Origin: an uncultured Planctomycetaceae bacterium
GTDB lineage: Bacteria; Planctomycetota; Planctomycetia; Isosphaerales; Isosphaeraceae
Length of the DNA stretch: 64,000 nucleotides
Assembly: GCA_963833985.1 (NCBI GenBank)
Contig: CAWIAD010000002.1
Span: 736,001-800,000, forward strand
Reading direction: 5' to 3'
This document shows, in pieces, positions 51,396 through 63,112 of this stretch. Under the pieces are notes generated by a model. That model worked only from the letters and a program-made list of their open reading frames with translations. It did no database searches and was not told the DNA's origin. The first letter of the stretch is position 1, and each line of letters begins with the position of its first letter. The translations under genes and the position numbers were made by a program.

Positions 51396-52858
51396 TCATT
51401 TCCGCCTGGCTTGCACCTGTGTGCAGATCCAGTCCGCCATTGCGGAGAGGGCGCTCGGGTTGATCGTTTCCTCGATCGCGGCGTACTCCGATGGGGCCCC
51501 GGTCTGGCATTTCTGGAACAGGTGATTGAGGCCCGCAAGCTGCCGCACCTGCACGTGGGTGTTACCGGCAGACCTGAGCGTCGCCTCGATCTGCCCGAGG
51601 TTTTCCCGGGGCGGAACCTGAAGGTCCTTCTCGCCCACGAGCGCCAGAACGGGGCATCGCACCTGCGCCAGCGTGGGCCGGGGATCATAGGTCAGGAAGT
51701 AGCGAAACCAGGGCGAACGGACCAGCTTGAGCTGGCCTTCGACCAGCCCGTCGAAGTTGCCCAGCGCCTTGCGATCCGCCTCACTCAGCGATTCCTTGAG
51801 GGTCTTCACGACGCCGCGCATCCTGGTCTCGGCGGCCTTTTCGTCCTTCTCGGTCTTGAGGATGGCGAAGAGCTGCTTCTGCACCTCGAGCTGGCCCTTC
51901 AGCGTCTTCTCATCGGCCCCCATGGCCTTGAGGACTGCCTGGCCTTGCAGGTAGAGGATCTCCTCGCCGGGCAGCCCCGTGCCAGCCATGAGCACGATGA
52001 ACGCCACATCGGGCGAGCGAGCGGCCACCATGGGCGCGATGATACCGCCTTCACTGTGGCCCAGGAGGCCGATCCGGACGGGATCGATCTCGGTCCGCGA
52101 TTTCAGGTAAGCGATGCCGGCGAGCACGTCGCCGGCGAAGTCGTCGCTGGTCGAGGCCATGGTATTGCCGCTCGAGCCGCCCACGCCGCGGTCGTCCACG
52201 CGGAGCACGGCGATTCCCCGACGCGCCAGCATGTCGGCCAGGACCAGGAACGGCTTGTGCTCGAAGAGCGTCTCGTCACGATCCTGCGCGCCGAACCGCT
52301 GATCAGGATGACGGCAGGGAATGGTCCGGTCCCCTGGGGCTCGGTCAACGTGCCCGCCAGATTGATGCCGCCGGCCTTGTTCGCATACGTGACGTCGATC
52401 ACCTTGTACGGGAACGGGGCTTTTGGCGTCTGAGGCCGGCGCACCTCGGTGGCCTTCGCCGTCTTCTTCAACGTCAGCGGCAGGCCGTTGCCGGCCTGGC
52501 TCCAGTTGCCGGCGGCCTCGGTGCCGTCCCCGTTCAACTTGCCCTCGTAACGCGCGAACAGGGCTTTCATCTCGAAGGAAAGCTTCTCCTTGTCCAGGGT
52601 GATCGTATCGATCTTCAACCCCCGGGCACCCTGGTCCGGGCTGTCCAGGGTGGCGGAGAGCGTTCCGTCGGCCGCTTTGCGGACATGCACGACGACACGC
52701 AGGCGGAGCCCCGCTCCAACGCTCAGCGCACCCTCCCAGATCTGCTCCGGGCCAGCAGCCCGCGGCTTGTCGGACGCCGCCGGGGGAGTGGGCGGGTCGG
52801 CGGCCAGGTCTGGCGCTGCCACTCCTGCCGCCATCAGCCAAAGAAATCCCGTGGTCAT
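51396..52858 (-). CDS. Secreted alpha/beta hydrolase (frameshift near 52292)
   Basis: RPQTP..PFPY, LAGTLT.P in ORF 52103; QDRDE, DDRGVG, GHSEGG, GEKDLQV, GLNHLFQ in ORF 51396. Confidence 0.9.
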
Positions 52859-53069
52859 GAGGCACCTTCCACGCGGGCCCTTCATCATCGCTCTCCAGCT
52901 CCTGGGACCGAGACGCACGGAGACAACCGCTGTCGCCGCCAGTCATGGGGTCTTTCGTCGCCACGGAGGAATTATCATGGAGCAGGAGCCGACTTCAGGG
53001 CCCACTCAGTCTGGACCAGGCTCGGCCTCGAGAGGATTCCGCTGCAACCTTATCGGAAGGAGAACGCTC

Positions 53070-54311
53070 ATGCCAGGAGGAACACTCCGGCTCACGATGC
53101 TGCTGGCGTGCCTTGCCTGCATGCTAGCAGAGCCACGGCCCTTGCCCGCCCAGGCGCCGCAAGCTCACGCGCCGGACCCGGTTGCTCCGTCCACCGGCAC
53201 GCCCCCTCGTGACTGGCTGCCGCGCTGGGAGCGAAACATCCAGGCCGATGCGCGAAACCGCTATTGCGACCGCGAGCTCGGTGAGGAGATCGGCTGGCGG
53301 GTCAGCCCGTTCGAGAACGGGTTCCTGGAGGGCTACCTAGTCACGCGTGATACGAAATGGCTTGACCTGCTGGTCGATTGGGGAGACGCGTGGACGGTGC
53401 GCGGGGTCAAGGAGCCCGACGGGTTCCTGGGCTGGCCCAAACCGGAGGGCGCCAGTACCCCCGCAGTGCCCGGTTTCACGACCGATAACATGCTCGGCGA
53501 GGCAATGGGACTGACTCCCCTGGTCCGTATGGCTCGAGTTGTCCGCGACACGCCAGCACTTCAGGGACGCTACCAGACGAAGGCCCTGGGCTACCTGAAG
53601 CTCGCGGAGCAGGAGTTCGAGAAGTGGGACCGGCGCGGCTGCTGGCGCGAGGTCGCGCAGGGCGGTGTGTGGGTCGTTCCTACCTTCGGCGTCGATCTTG
53701 CCGCGGGCCGCTTCACCGCAGGTTACGACCGCCGCTTCACCGATGGCTTTACCAACCCCGCCAACAAGCAGAACCTCACGGCGCTCTGGCTGATCGCGCT
53801 GTATGAAGCCACCGGAAAGCCCGTCTACCGCGACCGGGCCGAGAAATGGTGGCGCGTGATGAAGTCTCGGATCCGGCTCCGCGATGGCGGCAAGACTTAC
53901 GAGTGGAACTACTGGGACCCTGCGGGACCCTGGGACTACAAGCCCGACGGCTCGCCCAGGCACTGGATCGGCGTCCATCCCAACGGCGGCTACTATGCGG
54001 TGGATGTCGAGGGCATCGTGTCCGCATTCGAGCACTCCCTCGTGTTCCGGCGCGACGACATCGACCGCCTCATCGCCACGAACCGCGACTTCATGTGGAA
54101 CCACAAGATCCAGGGGGCGAAGTTTCAGCGCATCGACGGCGGCAGCCCTGATCCGAGGTGGCGAAACTCGCCCGGCACGCTCTGGGTCGCACTGGTTCCC
54201 TACGACGAGACGCTACGGGCGATCTTCGAGGCCAACCACAACCCCGCAAGCTGGGGCGGCCTGAGTTCCACGCCCTGGTACCTGGCGCGCGGGAGTACCA
54301 GAGCAGACTGA
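53070..54311 (+). CDS. Secreted Trp/Gly-rich hypothetical protein, possibly an alpha/alpha-toroid carbohydrate-active fold
   Basis: GAAGGAG RBS before ATG 53070; signal-like N-terminus; YLVTRDTKWLD and LYEATGKPVYRDRA helical-barrel-like motifs. Confidence 0.7.
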   Translation: MPGGTLRLTMLLACLACMLAEPRPLPAQAPQAHAPDPVAPSTGTPPRDWLPRWERNIQADARNRYCDRELGEEIGWRVSPFENGFLEGYLVTRDTKWLDLLVDWGDAWTVRGVKEPDGFLGWPKPEGASTPAVPGFTTDNMLGEAMGLTPLVRMARVVRDTPALQGRYQTKALGYLKLAEQEFEKWDRRGCWREVAQGGVWVVPTFGVDLAAGRFTAGYDRRFTDGFTNPANKQNLTALWLIALYEATGKPVYRDRAEKWWRVMKSRIRLRDGGKTYEWNYWDPAGPWDYKPDGSPRHWIGVHPNGGYYAVDVEGIVSAFEHSLVFRRDDIDRLIATNRDFMWNHKIQGAKFQRIDGGSPDPRWRNSPGTLWVALVPYDETLRAIFEANHNPASWGGLSSTPWYLARGSTRAD

Positions 54312-54517
54312 TCCCGGCCGCTGTTTTCCACTGGGGCGGGGCCTCCTGTTGACTTTGGAGCTGGCGCGGGTAGAGACACAGGGGTACGGCGTGATGCCAC
54401 CAGGGCCGAAGCAGGCCCGGATTCCTTCCTGACACGCGGATGTGCACCGGCCGCCTCTGCGCCTTCCAGCACCCGTCGTCCCACCCTCCCCGCCCCACCG
54501 GAATCAGGAGCACCCCC

Positions 54518-55824
54518 ATGACCCGCTCCGAACTGAGCCACTCGATTTCACGGCGCGACTTCGTGAAGGAGGCCGCGGCCGGTATGGCCATCAGCGGCGG
54601 CCTGTCGCTGGCCCACACGGCCCACGCGGCCGGCAGCGACGTGATCCGCATCGGCGTCATCGGCTGTGGAGGCCGGGGCACCGGGGCAGCGGGCGACGCG
54701 TTGACCGCCGACCCCGGCATCGCCTGGTTGCCCTCTGCGACCTGTTCAAGGACCGCGTCGAATCCAGCCGGTCACTCCTCAAGGCCGAGAAGCCCGAGCA
54801 GGTGCAGGTGGACGATGAACACTGCTTCGTGGGACTCGACGGCTACAAGAAGCTCATTGACAGCGTTGATTACGTGCTCATCGCCTGCGCGGCCAAGTTC
54901 CACGCCATGTACCTGAAGGCTGGCATCGAAGCCGGCAAGCACGTGTTCGTGGAAAAGCCGCACGCCATTGATCCGCTGGGCATCCACGTGATCAAGCAGG
55001 CTACCGCGCTGGCGAAGCAAAAGAACCTGGGCATCCTCTCCGGCCTCATGAGCCGCTTCGCTCCGCCAATCCGCGAGACGGTCCAGCGCGTGCAGGACGG
55101 TCAGATTGGCGAGATCATGTCGATCGAGGAGAACTTCATCCGCGGCCCCTATGGCAGTATCCAGCGCACCGCGGCGATGCGCGAACTCGAGCAGCAATAC
55201 GCCAACCAGTACCGCTTCTCCTGGCTGTGCGGGGACGACGTCGTGCAGTCGCTGGTGCACAACCTCGACCGGGCCACCTGGGCCCTCAATGAGACGCCGC
55301 CGGTGCGCTGCCACGGGCTGGGCGGCCGGTCTGGCCCGCAGAACCTGCTGGGCGACGTGTTCGACCACCACGCCGTGGTTTACCAGTACGCCAGCGGTAT
55401 CCGGCTCTACGCCTTCTGCCGCACGACCCACAATTGCTACAACGAGGATTCCAGCATCATCCTGGGCACGAAAGGCACGGCCCATCTGAAGTCGGGCCGG
55501 ATCACCGGGCAGAAGCCCTGGCATTACACGGGCCCGAACGTGAGCCCCTACGTGGTCGAGCACCAGGAGTTCCTCAGGTCGATCCGTGCGGGTAAGCCGA
55601 TGAACTGCGGTGACTACGCCGCCCGGAGCACGCTTGTGGCCATCATGGGTCAGCTCTCCTGCTACAGCGGCCAGGAGGTCACCTGGGACGAGGTCAGCGC
55701 CTCGGAGTACTTCTTCGCGCCCCGCCCCGAAGCCTGCACCTGGACGATGGAACCGCCGACCAGGCCCGATGCGAACGGGGTTTACCCCGTCTCCGCCGTG
55801 CCCGGCACAACCAGAATCCTCTGA
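54518..55824 (+). CDS. Gfo/Idh/MocA-family oxidoreductase with Tat signal (frameshift near 54720)
   Basis: [31 protein letters not shown]. Confidence 0.92.
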
Positions 55825-55904
55825 GCGTCCCACCGGAGCAGGGCATCCGCGCCTGCCGCTGTGACTGACGGCCTTCCGGCCTGCGCGATAGACTGGCATG
55901 TGTC

Positions 55905-57221
55905 TCAGGTCGTCTTCTTCAAGGGCCCCGGCGGCGGATGGTCGCCCAGGCCGAAGAGGTGGCGGACGGCGGAGAGGATCGGGTGTGGATGGCCGCCGTC
56001 CTGAGGTGCGGTGACGGCCGAGCGGACCGCCGCGCGGGGATGGTGCAGGAACTGGTTCTGAAGCCGCATCGCCATGTGGGCGATCGCCTCGCGGTCGGCC
56101 TCGCTCAGGTTCGGTCGGGTTGCGAACAGGGCGGTCAGCTCACGCTGGCGCAACTGGTCGGCGTGGTTGCCAAGCTGCTGGAGCAGGGCGCCGGCCGCCT
56201 GCTGGTGACGCACCAGGGCACAGCACGCGGCCGTCTCACGCTCGATGATCAGCAATGCCGGATCAACGCTCTTCTGCCTCCGCACGCGGTTCTGCTCGGC
56301 CTGGGCGCGGAGGTCGTCAATGTGGTAGAGCGTCACCTGGTCCAGGTCGCCGATCCTGGGGTCGAAATCGCGCGGGATGGCAATGTCGAGAATCAGCGCG
56401 AGCCGGTTGCGGCGGGCGCGCTGCACGCGGACGTATTGCTCCAGGCTGACCACCGGCTCGGTGGCCGCGGTCGTGCTGACCACCAGGTCGGCCTCGATGA
56501 GCGCCTGGCCCAGGCGGTCGAATGGAATGGCCTGCCCGCTCCAGCGCTCGGCCGCGTACTGGGCCCGGTCGGTGTTCCGGTTGGTGATGAGGATCCGACC
56601 CGGGTTCAGGGCCTTCAGGTGCTGGAGCGTCAGGTCGCCCATCTTGCCGGCGCCAATCACCAGCACGGTCTTGTCGGCGAACGTATCGAAGACTTCCCTG
56701 GCCAGATCCACCGCCACGCTCGCCACGGACAGCCTACCCTGGTCCATGCCGGTCCGTTCGCGCACCAGCTTGCCAACGCGCAACGCGGCCTGGAAGACGG
56801 TGTGGAACACCGGCCCGATCGTCTTCCGCTCGATCGCGGCACGGTAGGCCTCGCGCACCTGGCCAAGGATCTGGCCCTCTCCCAGAATGAGGCTTTCCAG
56901 GCTAGCGGCGACCCGAAACAGGTGACCGACGGCTCCCTCGTCGTGATAGCTGACCAGGTGCCCCGCGAAGAGTTCGGGCCGAACCGCGTGGAACTCCACC
57001 AGGAATTCCATCAGGGCATCCGCATCGGGAACCGATTCCGGGCTGCCCGCCAGGTAGACCTCGACCCGGTTACACGTCGAGAGGATCACGATCTCGTTGC
57101 CTGGAAAGGAGGCTGCCAGCGATTCCAGCCCGCGGCTGCTCTTCGGCTCATCAAAGGCGAGCGCCTCGCGGACGGAGGCCGGCGCGGAGCGATGGTCGAC
57201 GCCCACGGCGAGCAGTTTCAC
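55905..57221 (-). CDS. hemA: Glutamyl-tRNA reductase
   Basis: LSTCNRVE, GEGQILGQV, VIGAGKMG, DIAIPRD. Confidence 0.97.
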   Translation of the reverse strand: MKLLAVGVDHRSAPASVREALAFDEPKSSRGLESLAASFPGNEIVILSTCNRVEVYLAGSPESVPDADALMEFLVEFHAVRPELFAGHLVSYHDEGAVGHLFRVAASLESLILGEGQILGQVREAYRAAIERKTIGPVFHTVFQAALRVGKLVRERTGMDQGRLSVASVAVDLAREVFDTFADKTVLVIGAGKMGDLTLQHLKALNPGRILITNRNTDRAQYAAERWSGQAIPFDRLGQALIEADLVVSTTAATEPVVSLEQYVRVQRARRNRLALILDIAIPRDFDPRIGDLDQVTLYHIDDLRAQAEQNRVRRQKSVDPALLIIERETAACCALVRHQQAAGALLQQLGNHADQLRQRELTALFATRPNLSEADREAIAHMAMRLQNQFLHHPRAAVRSAVTAPQDGGHPHPILSAVRHLFGLGDHPPPGPLKKTT

Positions 57222-58086
57222 GGCCGCCCTCCCCCCGGCCGCACTCCTCCATGGGCGGTCGGCAGGTGCAGAGCCTCAACTCCCACCCACGTGAACACCA
57301 GGAAGGCGAACGCCACGATCGTCAGCATCATCACGCTCCGGCCGCGCAGGGCCGGCCGGAACCGGGCATGCAGCAGGACCGCGAACACAAACCACATTCC
57401 CAGGGCGCTTACGACCTTGGGATCGGACCAGCTCAGGGTCAACCCGGCTTCCGGCCAGAACCGCCGCGCCTCCACGCTCAGGACCATGCCAATCAAGAGG
57501 CCAAAGGTCAGCAGGGGAAATGCGGCCGTGATGGCACCGCGGTTCACCCGTTCGGATTGCTCGAGGCTGGGCAAGGCGATCCCGAACCGCCCCGGTCGCT
57601 TCGACTTCAGACGCCGCATCTGGGCCAGGTACATGAGGCCGGCCGCGAACGCCAGGCAGGTGGACACCGCGCCACCCAGCAAGAAGATGCCATGCACCGT
57701 TCCCCAGAAGGCCAACATGCCGGCTTCCAGCCAGTCCGACTCCCGGGCGCGAACCAGCCGGCCGCGACCACCAGCCCAAGAACGAGGGGAAGCACGAACA
57801 GGCCAACGGCAACATTCCGCGGCCAGTGGATCATGAAATAGATGCCGATCAGGGCAACAATCCATGCCAGCACCATGACCGATTCGAACGCCGTGGTCAC
57901 CGGCAGGAGGCTCTGTTCCTTGAATGCCAGGTTGGCCAGGAACGCCGTCTGCACGAGCCAGCCCAGGGAGGTGAGCCCGACCGTGAGGTACCAGCGAAAG
58001 GGACTGCGCACCACTAGCCGCGCCAGCTCGCAAAGCAGAGCCAAGCCGTAGGTGCCCGCAAAACAGAGAACCTTGAGCCGATCCAT
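57218..58086 (-). CDS. CcsA/HemX-like cytochrome c assembly membrane protein (frameshift near 57745)
   Basis: Multiple TM helices, VHG, MYL.Q.RRLK, LPSLE, WSDPK; GTGA overlap with hemA. Confidence 0.85.
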
Positions 58087-58424
58087 GCCGACGACGCTCC
58101 GGGCGCCAGGCGGTCCTGATAAGCAGGCTGCGGAACCCGTCGCCGACCCGGCGCTACCCCGCGACGGGTTGCCACCAGCTTGACCACGCCCGGGCGCCAC
58201 ACTGGCCTGGATGATGGAGGTTATTGTAGGATTCCAGGCTGCGAAATTGCAGCCCCAGATCGGGTTGACCGGTACGGCAAGGCCCTGCCTCCTCGCTGTG
58301 CCGCCTGTCCAGGGGCCGGTGAACCCGGCTATTCAGCGCTCCGTTGCTTCGTCACGATGAACGAGGGCCTCTGGAGTCATCGGTTCGGAACGACGGCTAA
58401 TTTTCCTCAACACGTAGACATTGC

Positions 58425-59624
58425 ATGCCGCGCCGCGATTCACCGCGATCACCGTCCCGTACGGACTCCCCGCGCCGGCCCTCGGGGCACACCGCCCGCC
58501 CGCCCGGCCGCTTTCGCGGGCGAGCCGTGTGGCTGGGCATCCTCACGCTCATGGGCGGGCTCGGGGGAGTGCTCATCCTGGCGTCGTTCGGGCCACAGAA
58601 CCCCTCGCTGCTGCGCAACCGGGCGGATGCCGCGGCCAGGGCCGGTGACTGGCCGACCGCCGCGGACCTCTGGCACCAGGTCAATACCACCGATCGGGCC
58701 TCGAGCACGAGCTATCTCGGGGAGGGCCGGGCTTGCCTGGCGATCGGCCGGGCCGGCCAGGCCGAGCAGGCCCTGCGCAAGGCCGCAATGGCCGAGCCGA
58801 CAGACCCGGACGCCTGGCTCTTGCTGCTGGAAGTATTCCGGGTCGAGGACCGGTGGATCGACGCCCTGCTCCTCGGCTGGCCCGCACTGGAAAGGGTTGC
58901 CCTGGAGGCGCAACCACAGGTCCTCCGCGAGCTGACCCTGGCCGCCCTCACCGATCTGCCCGACGAGCTGGCGCGGACGACCCTGAAACGCTGGATCGAG
59001 GCCGATCCAGATGACCTGAACGCACGGGCGGCCCTCTTGCGGCGGATGGGCAGCGAGCCCCGGGCCGATGATCCCGACCGGGAGGCGCGGATCGCCACGC
59101 TCGCGTCCATGCTGGCCAGCCATCCTCGGCACGTGGGTGTGCGTGACGCGCTCGTGTCGGCGCTTGCCGATGCCGGCGAGCCGGAGGCTGGCCGTACGCT
59201 GCTGGAATCGTGGCCGCCAGATCAGCGCGACGGCCGCTACTGGCGGCTCCGCGGCCTCTGGGACCTCGAACATGATCAACGTCCTCAAGCCGCGGTCACC
59301 GCGCTGCGTGCGGCTCTGGCCGATTTTCCCCACGACTGGCGCATCCACTACCGGCTCGCCCGAGCCTTGCGCGCTCTCGGCCGCAGCGAGGAAGCGCACC
59401 ACGAGGCCGAGACCGTCGGCCGCATCCGCGAGCTGCTCGACCCGCTCGCCCTGGGGCCGGTCCTGGACGAAGCGTTCAAGCACCTCGACAGCTCCGGCGC
59501 CGGAACACTGGCGCAGCTCTGCGCGCGCGTGGGATTGACCCGGCTGGCCGACCGCTGGCGCTCCCTCGGATCCGTTGAATCCCGGCAACGAGAGGTTCAG
59601 GAAAGAAACACCGGGCGGCTCTGA
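58425..59624 (+). CDS. Membrane-anchored tetratricopeptide-repeat protein
   Basis: N-terminal TM helix; TPR-like AEQALRKA...PTDPDAW and HYRLARALRALGRSEEA. Confidence 0.82.
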   Translation: MPRRDSPRSPSRTDSPRRPSGHTARPPGRFRGRAVWLGILTLMGGLGGVLILASFGPQNPSLLRNRADAAARAGDWPTAADLWHQVNTTDRASSTSYLGEGRACLAIGRAGQAEQALRKAAMAEPTDPDAWLLLLEVFRVEDRWIDALLLGWPALERVALEAQPQVLRELTLAALTDLPDELARTTLKRWIEADPDDLNARAALLRRMGSEPRADDPDREARIATLASMLASHPRHVGVRDALVSALADAGEPEAGRTLLESWPPDQRDGRYWRLRGLWDLEHDQRPQAAVTALRAALADFPHDWRIHYRLARALRALGRSEEAHHEAETVGRIRELLDPLALGPVLDEAFKHLDSSGAGTLAQLCARVGLTRLADRWRSLGSVESRQREVQERNTGRL

Positions 59625-59831
59625 ACCAAGATTCAGTCACCGGACACCCGGCCTTCGGGTATAACAAGTAGAGTGCAACTCGTGACGGCGGCGGCTCAGC
59701 CAGGTTCGCTGCGGTCCACACTTCCAATCGCTGCACACTCTCTTCTGTCGCTCCGGATCGGCCGTGCCTGGCTGCCCGTGGTCGGCATCTCGACTTCCGG
59801 GACATGAGTTGCTTCGGGAACCGAGGAGATC

Positions 59832-60917
59832 ATGACGATGCCTTACCTGGATCTTGATCTCGACCGCGAGGAATCACGGTTGACGATCCACGGCGTTCCC
59901 TCGACCGGCAACATGGCAACGTCAGCGGCCGGAGAGCTGAGAGAAAGCGATCCGGATGGCCCCGCGCTCACCGAAGTCCCCGGCCGGGTGCTTCTGATTG
60001 AGCCGAACTCGGACGAGCGCTGCTGGCTGCGTAACGAACTCATCACCGGACACATGGAAGTCTTTGAAGCGACCGACATGATCTCCGCCCTGCGTTCGCT
60101 GGCGATGTTCCGGCCCAACATCATCCTCGCCCAGCTGCGATTGCCAACCTACAATGGGCTCGAACTGGTGCGCCGGCTCAAGCGCGAGAGCGCCACGCAA
60201 TCAACCCCGGTATTGCTCTACACCGACATGGCTTCCGCCGGCGAGCGGATCCAGGCGCTCAACCTGGGAGCCAGCGACCTGGTCTCCAAACCGTTCGTGG
60301 CGGCCGAACTGATCGCACGGCTCCGCGTGGCACTGCGCACGCGGCACCTCCTGACCATCCTGGAGCAGCGGGCACACCTCGACGGCCTCACGGGTCTGGC
60401 CAATCGGGGCGTCCTGGAAGACCGTCTGCCCCGCGAGTGGGTCGCCTGCCGTCGCCGTCAGTCTGCCCTGGCCGTGATGATCACTGACCTGGATCATTTC
60501 AAGGCGATCAATGATTGCCACGGCCATGCCGCCGGCGACAGCGTGCTCCGCCAGTCGGCCGCCCTCCTGGCCCGGATCATCCGTGCCAGCGACCTGGTCG
60601 CCCGCTACGGCGGCGAGGAGTTCGTGGTGGTGGCCCCGGATTGTGAGATCGGCCCGGCTGTGCGGCTCGCCGAACGGTTCCGCACGGCACTGGCCGAACA
60701 TCCGATCGACGAGAATGGCATCGCGATTTCGGTCACGGCCAGCGTGGGCGTCGCTTCCGTCTCGGACCTGACCGGCTCGAACCCCGCCGAATTGCTCAAG
60801 CGGGCCGACGAAGCCCTTTACCAGGCCAAGCGGGCCGGCCGCAATGCCACCTGGTACTGGGAGCAGGGACAAACCGGTCCGGTTCCGGCGACCGACGACG
60901 TCCTCGCCACACGCTGA
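59832..60917 (+). CDS. Diguanylate cyclase with an atypical receiver domain
   Basis: DGLTGLANR, DLDHFKAINDCHGHAAGD, RASD...RYGGEEF, ADEALYQAK..GRN. Confidence 0.95.
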   Translation: MTMPYLDLDLDREESRLTIHGVPSTGNMATSAAGELRESDPDGPALTEVPGRVLLIEPNSDERCWLRNELITGHMEVFEATDMISALRSLAMFRPNIILAQLRLPTYNGLELVRRLKRESATQSTPVLLYTDMASAGERIQALNLGASDLVSKPFVAAELIARLRVALRTRHLLTILEQRAHLDGLTGLANRGVLEDRLPREWVACRRRQSALAVMITDLDHFKAINDCHGHAAGDSVLRQSAALLARIIRASDLVARYGGEEFVVVAPDCEIGPAVRLAERFRTALAEHPIDENGIAISVTASVGVASVSDLTGSNPAELLKRADEALYQAKRAGRNATWYWEQGQTGPVPATDDVLATR

Positions 60918-60927
60918 GGGCCGCGGC

Positions 60928-62262
60928 TCACGACCGCCTGGAACCAATACCGGTCTCTGCCATGGCCCGGCCCATGCCATGGTAGGTGAATCCAAGCGCT
61001 GCCATCCGCGCGGCATCGTAGACGTTCCGCCCGTCGAAGACGACGGGCTGCCTCAAGAGCCGCGACATGATCTCAAAATCGGGATTGCGAAACTCGTTCC
61101 ACTCGGTGGCAATCACCAGCGCATCGGCTTGCTCGAGAGCCCCGTAAGGCCGGTCGCAGTAGGTCAAACGATGGCCGTAGATCGCCTGCACATTCGGCAA
61201 CGCCTCGGGATCGTGAACTCGCAGTGCCACGCCGGCCTCGAGCAGCGAATCGATCAGCACCAGGGCGGGCGCCTCGCGGATATCGTCGGTACGCGGCTTG
61301 AAGGCCAGGCCCCAGATCGCAATCGTACGGTCCCGCAGGGAACCGTTGAAGTGAGCGTGGATCTTGCGGAAGAGCACGTTCTTCTGCATCTCGTTCACTC
61401 GGTCCACGGCCTCCATCATCTCCGCCGGCAGCCCCCGTGACTGGGCCATGTGAATCACCGCGCGGATGTCCTTCGGGAAGCAACTGCCGCCGTAACCGAC
61501 CCCCGGATGCAGGAAGTGGAAGCCGATCCGCTGGTCGTGGCCGATGCCCCGGCGCACGTCATTGATATCCGCGCCATAGGCCTCGCACAGGTTGGCCATC
61601 TCGTTGATGAAGCTGATCTTCGTGGCCAGCAAGCAGTTGGCCACGTACTTGGTCATCTCGGCACTCTCCGGCGACATCACCAGGAACGGCCGATCGGTCC
61701 GCAGAAAAGGCGCATAAAGCTCGTGCAACCGTTCAGCGACCTCGGGCTTGCGCGCTCCCACCACCACCCGATCCGGCTTGTTGAAGTCCTCGATGGCCGC
61801 ACCTTCCTTGAGAAACTCAGGGTTGCTGGCCACGTCGAACGTCACCCTGGCCACTTCGCCCATCCGGCGCGCCAGCTCGGCGTTGGTTCCAACAGGCACC
61901 GTGCTCTTGACCACGATGATCTTGGGCGAGCGGAGCACCTCGGCCACCTGGCGGCCGACCGCCCAGATGCCGCTCAGGTCCGCGCCCCCATCGTCGCCCT
62001 GGGGCGTGCCCACCGCGATGAAGACAATCTCGGCCTCCTCGATCCCCGCGGCCAGGTCGGTCGTGAATGTGAGCCGGCCGTCCCGCTGGTTGCGGTGCAC
62101 CAGCTCGCTCAGGCCCGGCTCGTAAATCGGGATCTGGCCGTTGTTCAGCCCGTCGATCTTGGCCGCAACCTTGTCAACGCAGACAACGTCGTTGCCACTC
62201 TCGGCCAGGCAGGTGCCCTGGACGAGTCCCACATACCCCGTTCCGATCACTGCGATTTTCAC
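60928..62262 (-). CDS. ugd: UDP-glucose 6-dehydrogenase
   Basis: [56 protein letters not shown]. Confidence 0.96.
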   Translation of the reverse strand: MKIAVIGTGYVGLVQGTCLAESGNDVVCVDKVAAKIDGLNNGQIPIYEPGLSELVHRNQRDGRLTFTTDLAAGIEEAEIVFIAVGTPQGDDGGADLSGIWAVGRQVAEVLRSPKIIVVKSTVPVGTNAELARRMGEVARVTFDVASNPEFLKEGAAIEDFNKPDRVVVGARKPEVAERLHELYAPFLRTDRPFLVMSPESAEMTKYVANCLLATKISFINEMANLCEAYGADINDVRRGIGHDQRIGFHFLHPGVGYGGSCFPKDIRAVIHMAQSRGLPAEMMEAVDRVNEMQKNVLFRKIHAHFNGSLRDRTIAIWGLAFKPRTDDIREAPALVLIDSLLEAGVALRVHDPEALPNVQAIYGHRLTYCDRPYGALEQADALVIATEWNEFRNPDFEIMSRLLRQPVVFDGRNVYDAARMAALGFTYHGMGRAMAETGIGSRRS

Positions 62263-62387
62263 GACGCGGCTCTCTTCCTTGTTCCAGCGATCCCCCGAGA
62301 CCAACTTTCCACGCCCGGCTCGTCCGCATTATTCATAGAACGAATTGATCCAGCAAGATCCTGAGCCCTCAGCAGGTGTACGAGAAT

Positions 62388-63017
62388 TCATGACCGGTTC
62401 TCCTCAATGCATTGCAGCACAGCCTGGCGAACGGCTTCCGAACCGTGTTCAGTCCAGAGCGAGATCCAGCGGGGATTCGCCCAGTCGCGGAGCAGTCGGC
62501 GCCGGGCTACCGGATCGGCCACGCGGTCGAGGACCACTGGGCGAAGCTCGGCGAACACGGCCGCCAGGCCGGCCGCGGCTGGCCCCAGCGCCTGGGCTGC
62601 CTGATCGCGAAGCACCGCGGCCAGGGCAGGACTTGCTCCCGAGGTCGACACCGTCACGACCAGCGGCCCCGACCTCCAGACGGCGGGAACCTGGAAATCC
62701 CCCGATCCGGGATCGCTTGCCGAGCAGGCCCAGACGCCGATCCGCCGGGCGTCGGCAACGACCCGTGCATTCACATCCTCCGGCCCGGCCGCAATCACCA
62801 GGCTTGCACCTTCCAGCAGGGCCGCGTGGTAGGGCCCGGCGATCACCTCCAGGCCCGCAACCTCCCTCAGATCCAGTGTCCCGGCCGCCGGATCCACTCC
62901 GACCACCCGCGCCCCGGCCGCCAGCAGTCCGCCCGCCCTGCGCCGGCCCACAATCCCCAGGCCCACGACCACCGCCGTCCGCCCCCGCATCTCCAGCTCG
63001 ATCGCATACCCCGGCAT
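62388..63017 (-). CDS. Precorrin-2 dehydrogenase / sirohydrochlorin ferrochelatase (SirC/CysG N-terminal-like)
   Basis: VVVGLGIVGRRR, DFQVPAV, VSTSGASPALA. Confidence 0.9.
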   Translation of the reverse strand: MPGYAIELEMRGRTAVVVGLGIVGRRRAGGLLAAGARVVGVDPAAGTLDLREVAGLEVIAGPYHAALLEGASLVIAAGPEDVNARVVADARRIGVWACSASDPGSGDFQVPAVWRSGPLVVTVSTSGASPALAAVLRDQAAQALGPAAAGLAAVFAELRPVVLDRVADPVARRRLLRDWANPRWISLWTEHGSEAVRQAVLQCIEENRS

Positions 63018-63112
63018 GACGCTTCAGTCCCTTAGTCCCCCCCCTCAAACCTTTCTCTACTCTCAATCTATGGCCGTCCACGCGCTACTGTGGCCAGCCT
63101 TCTTCTCCCCAT

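Noticed and set aside
55938..57836. 632-aa plus-strand ORF
   Set aside because: Antisense shadow of hemA and the ccsA-like gene.
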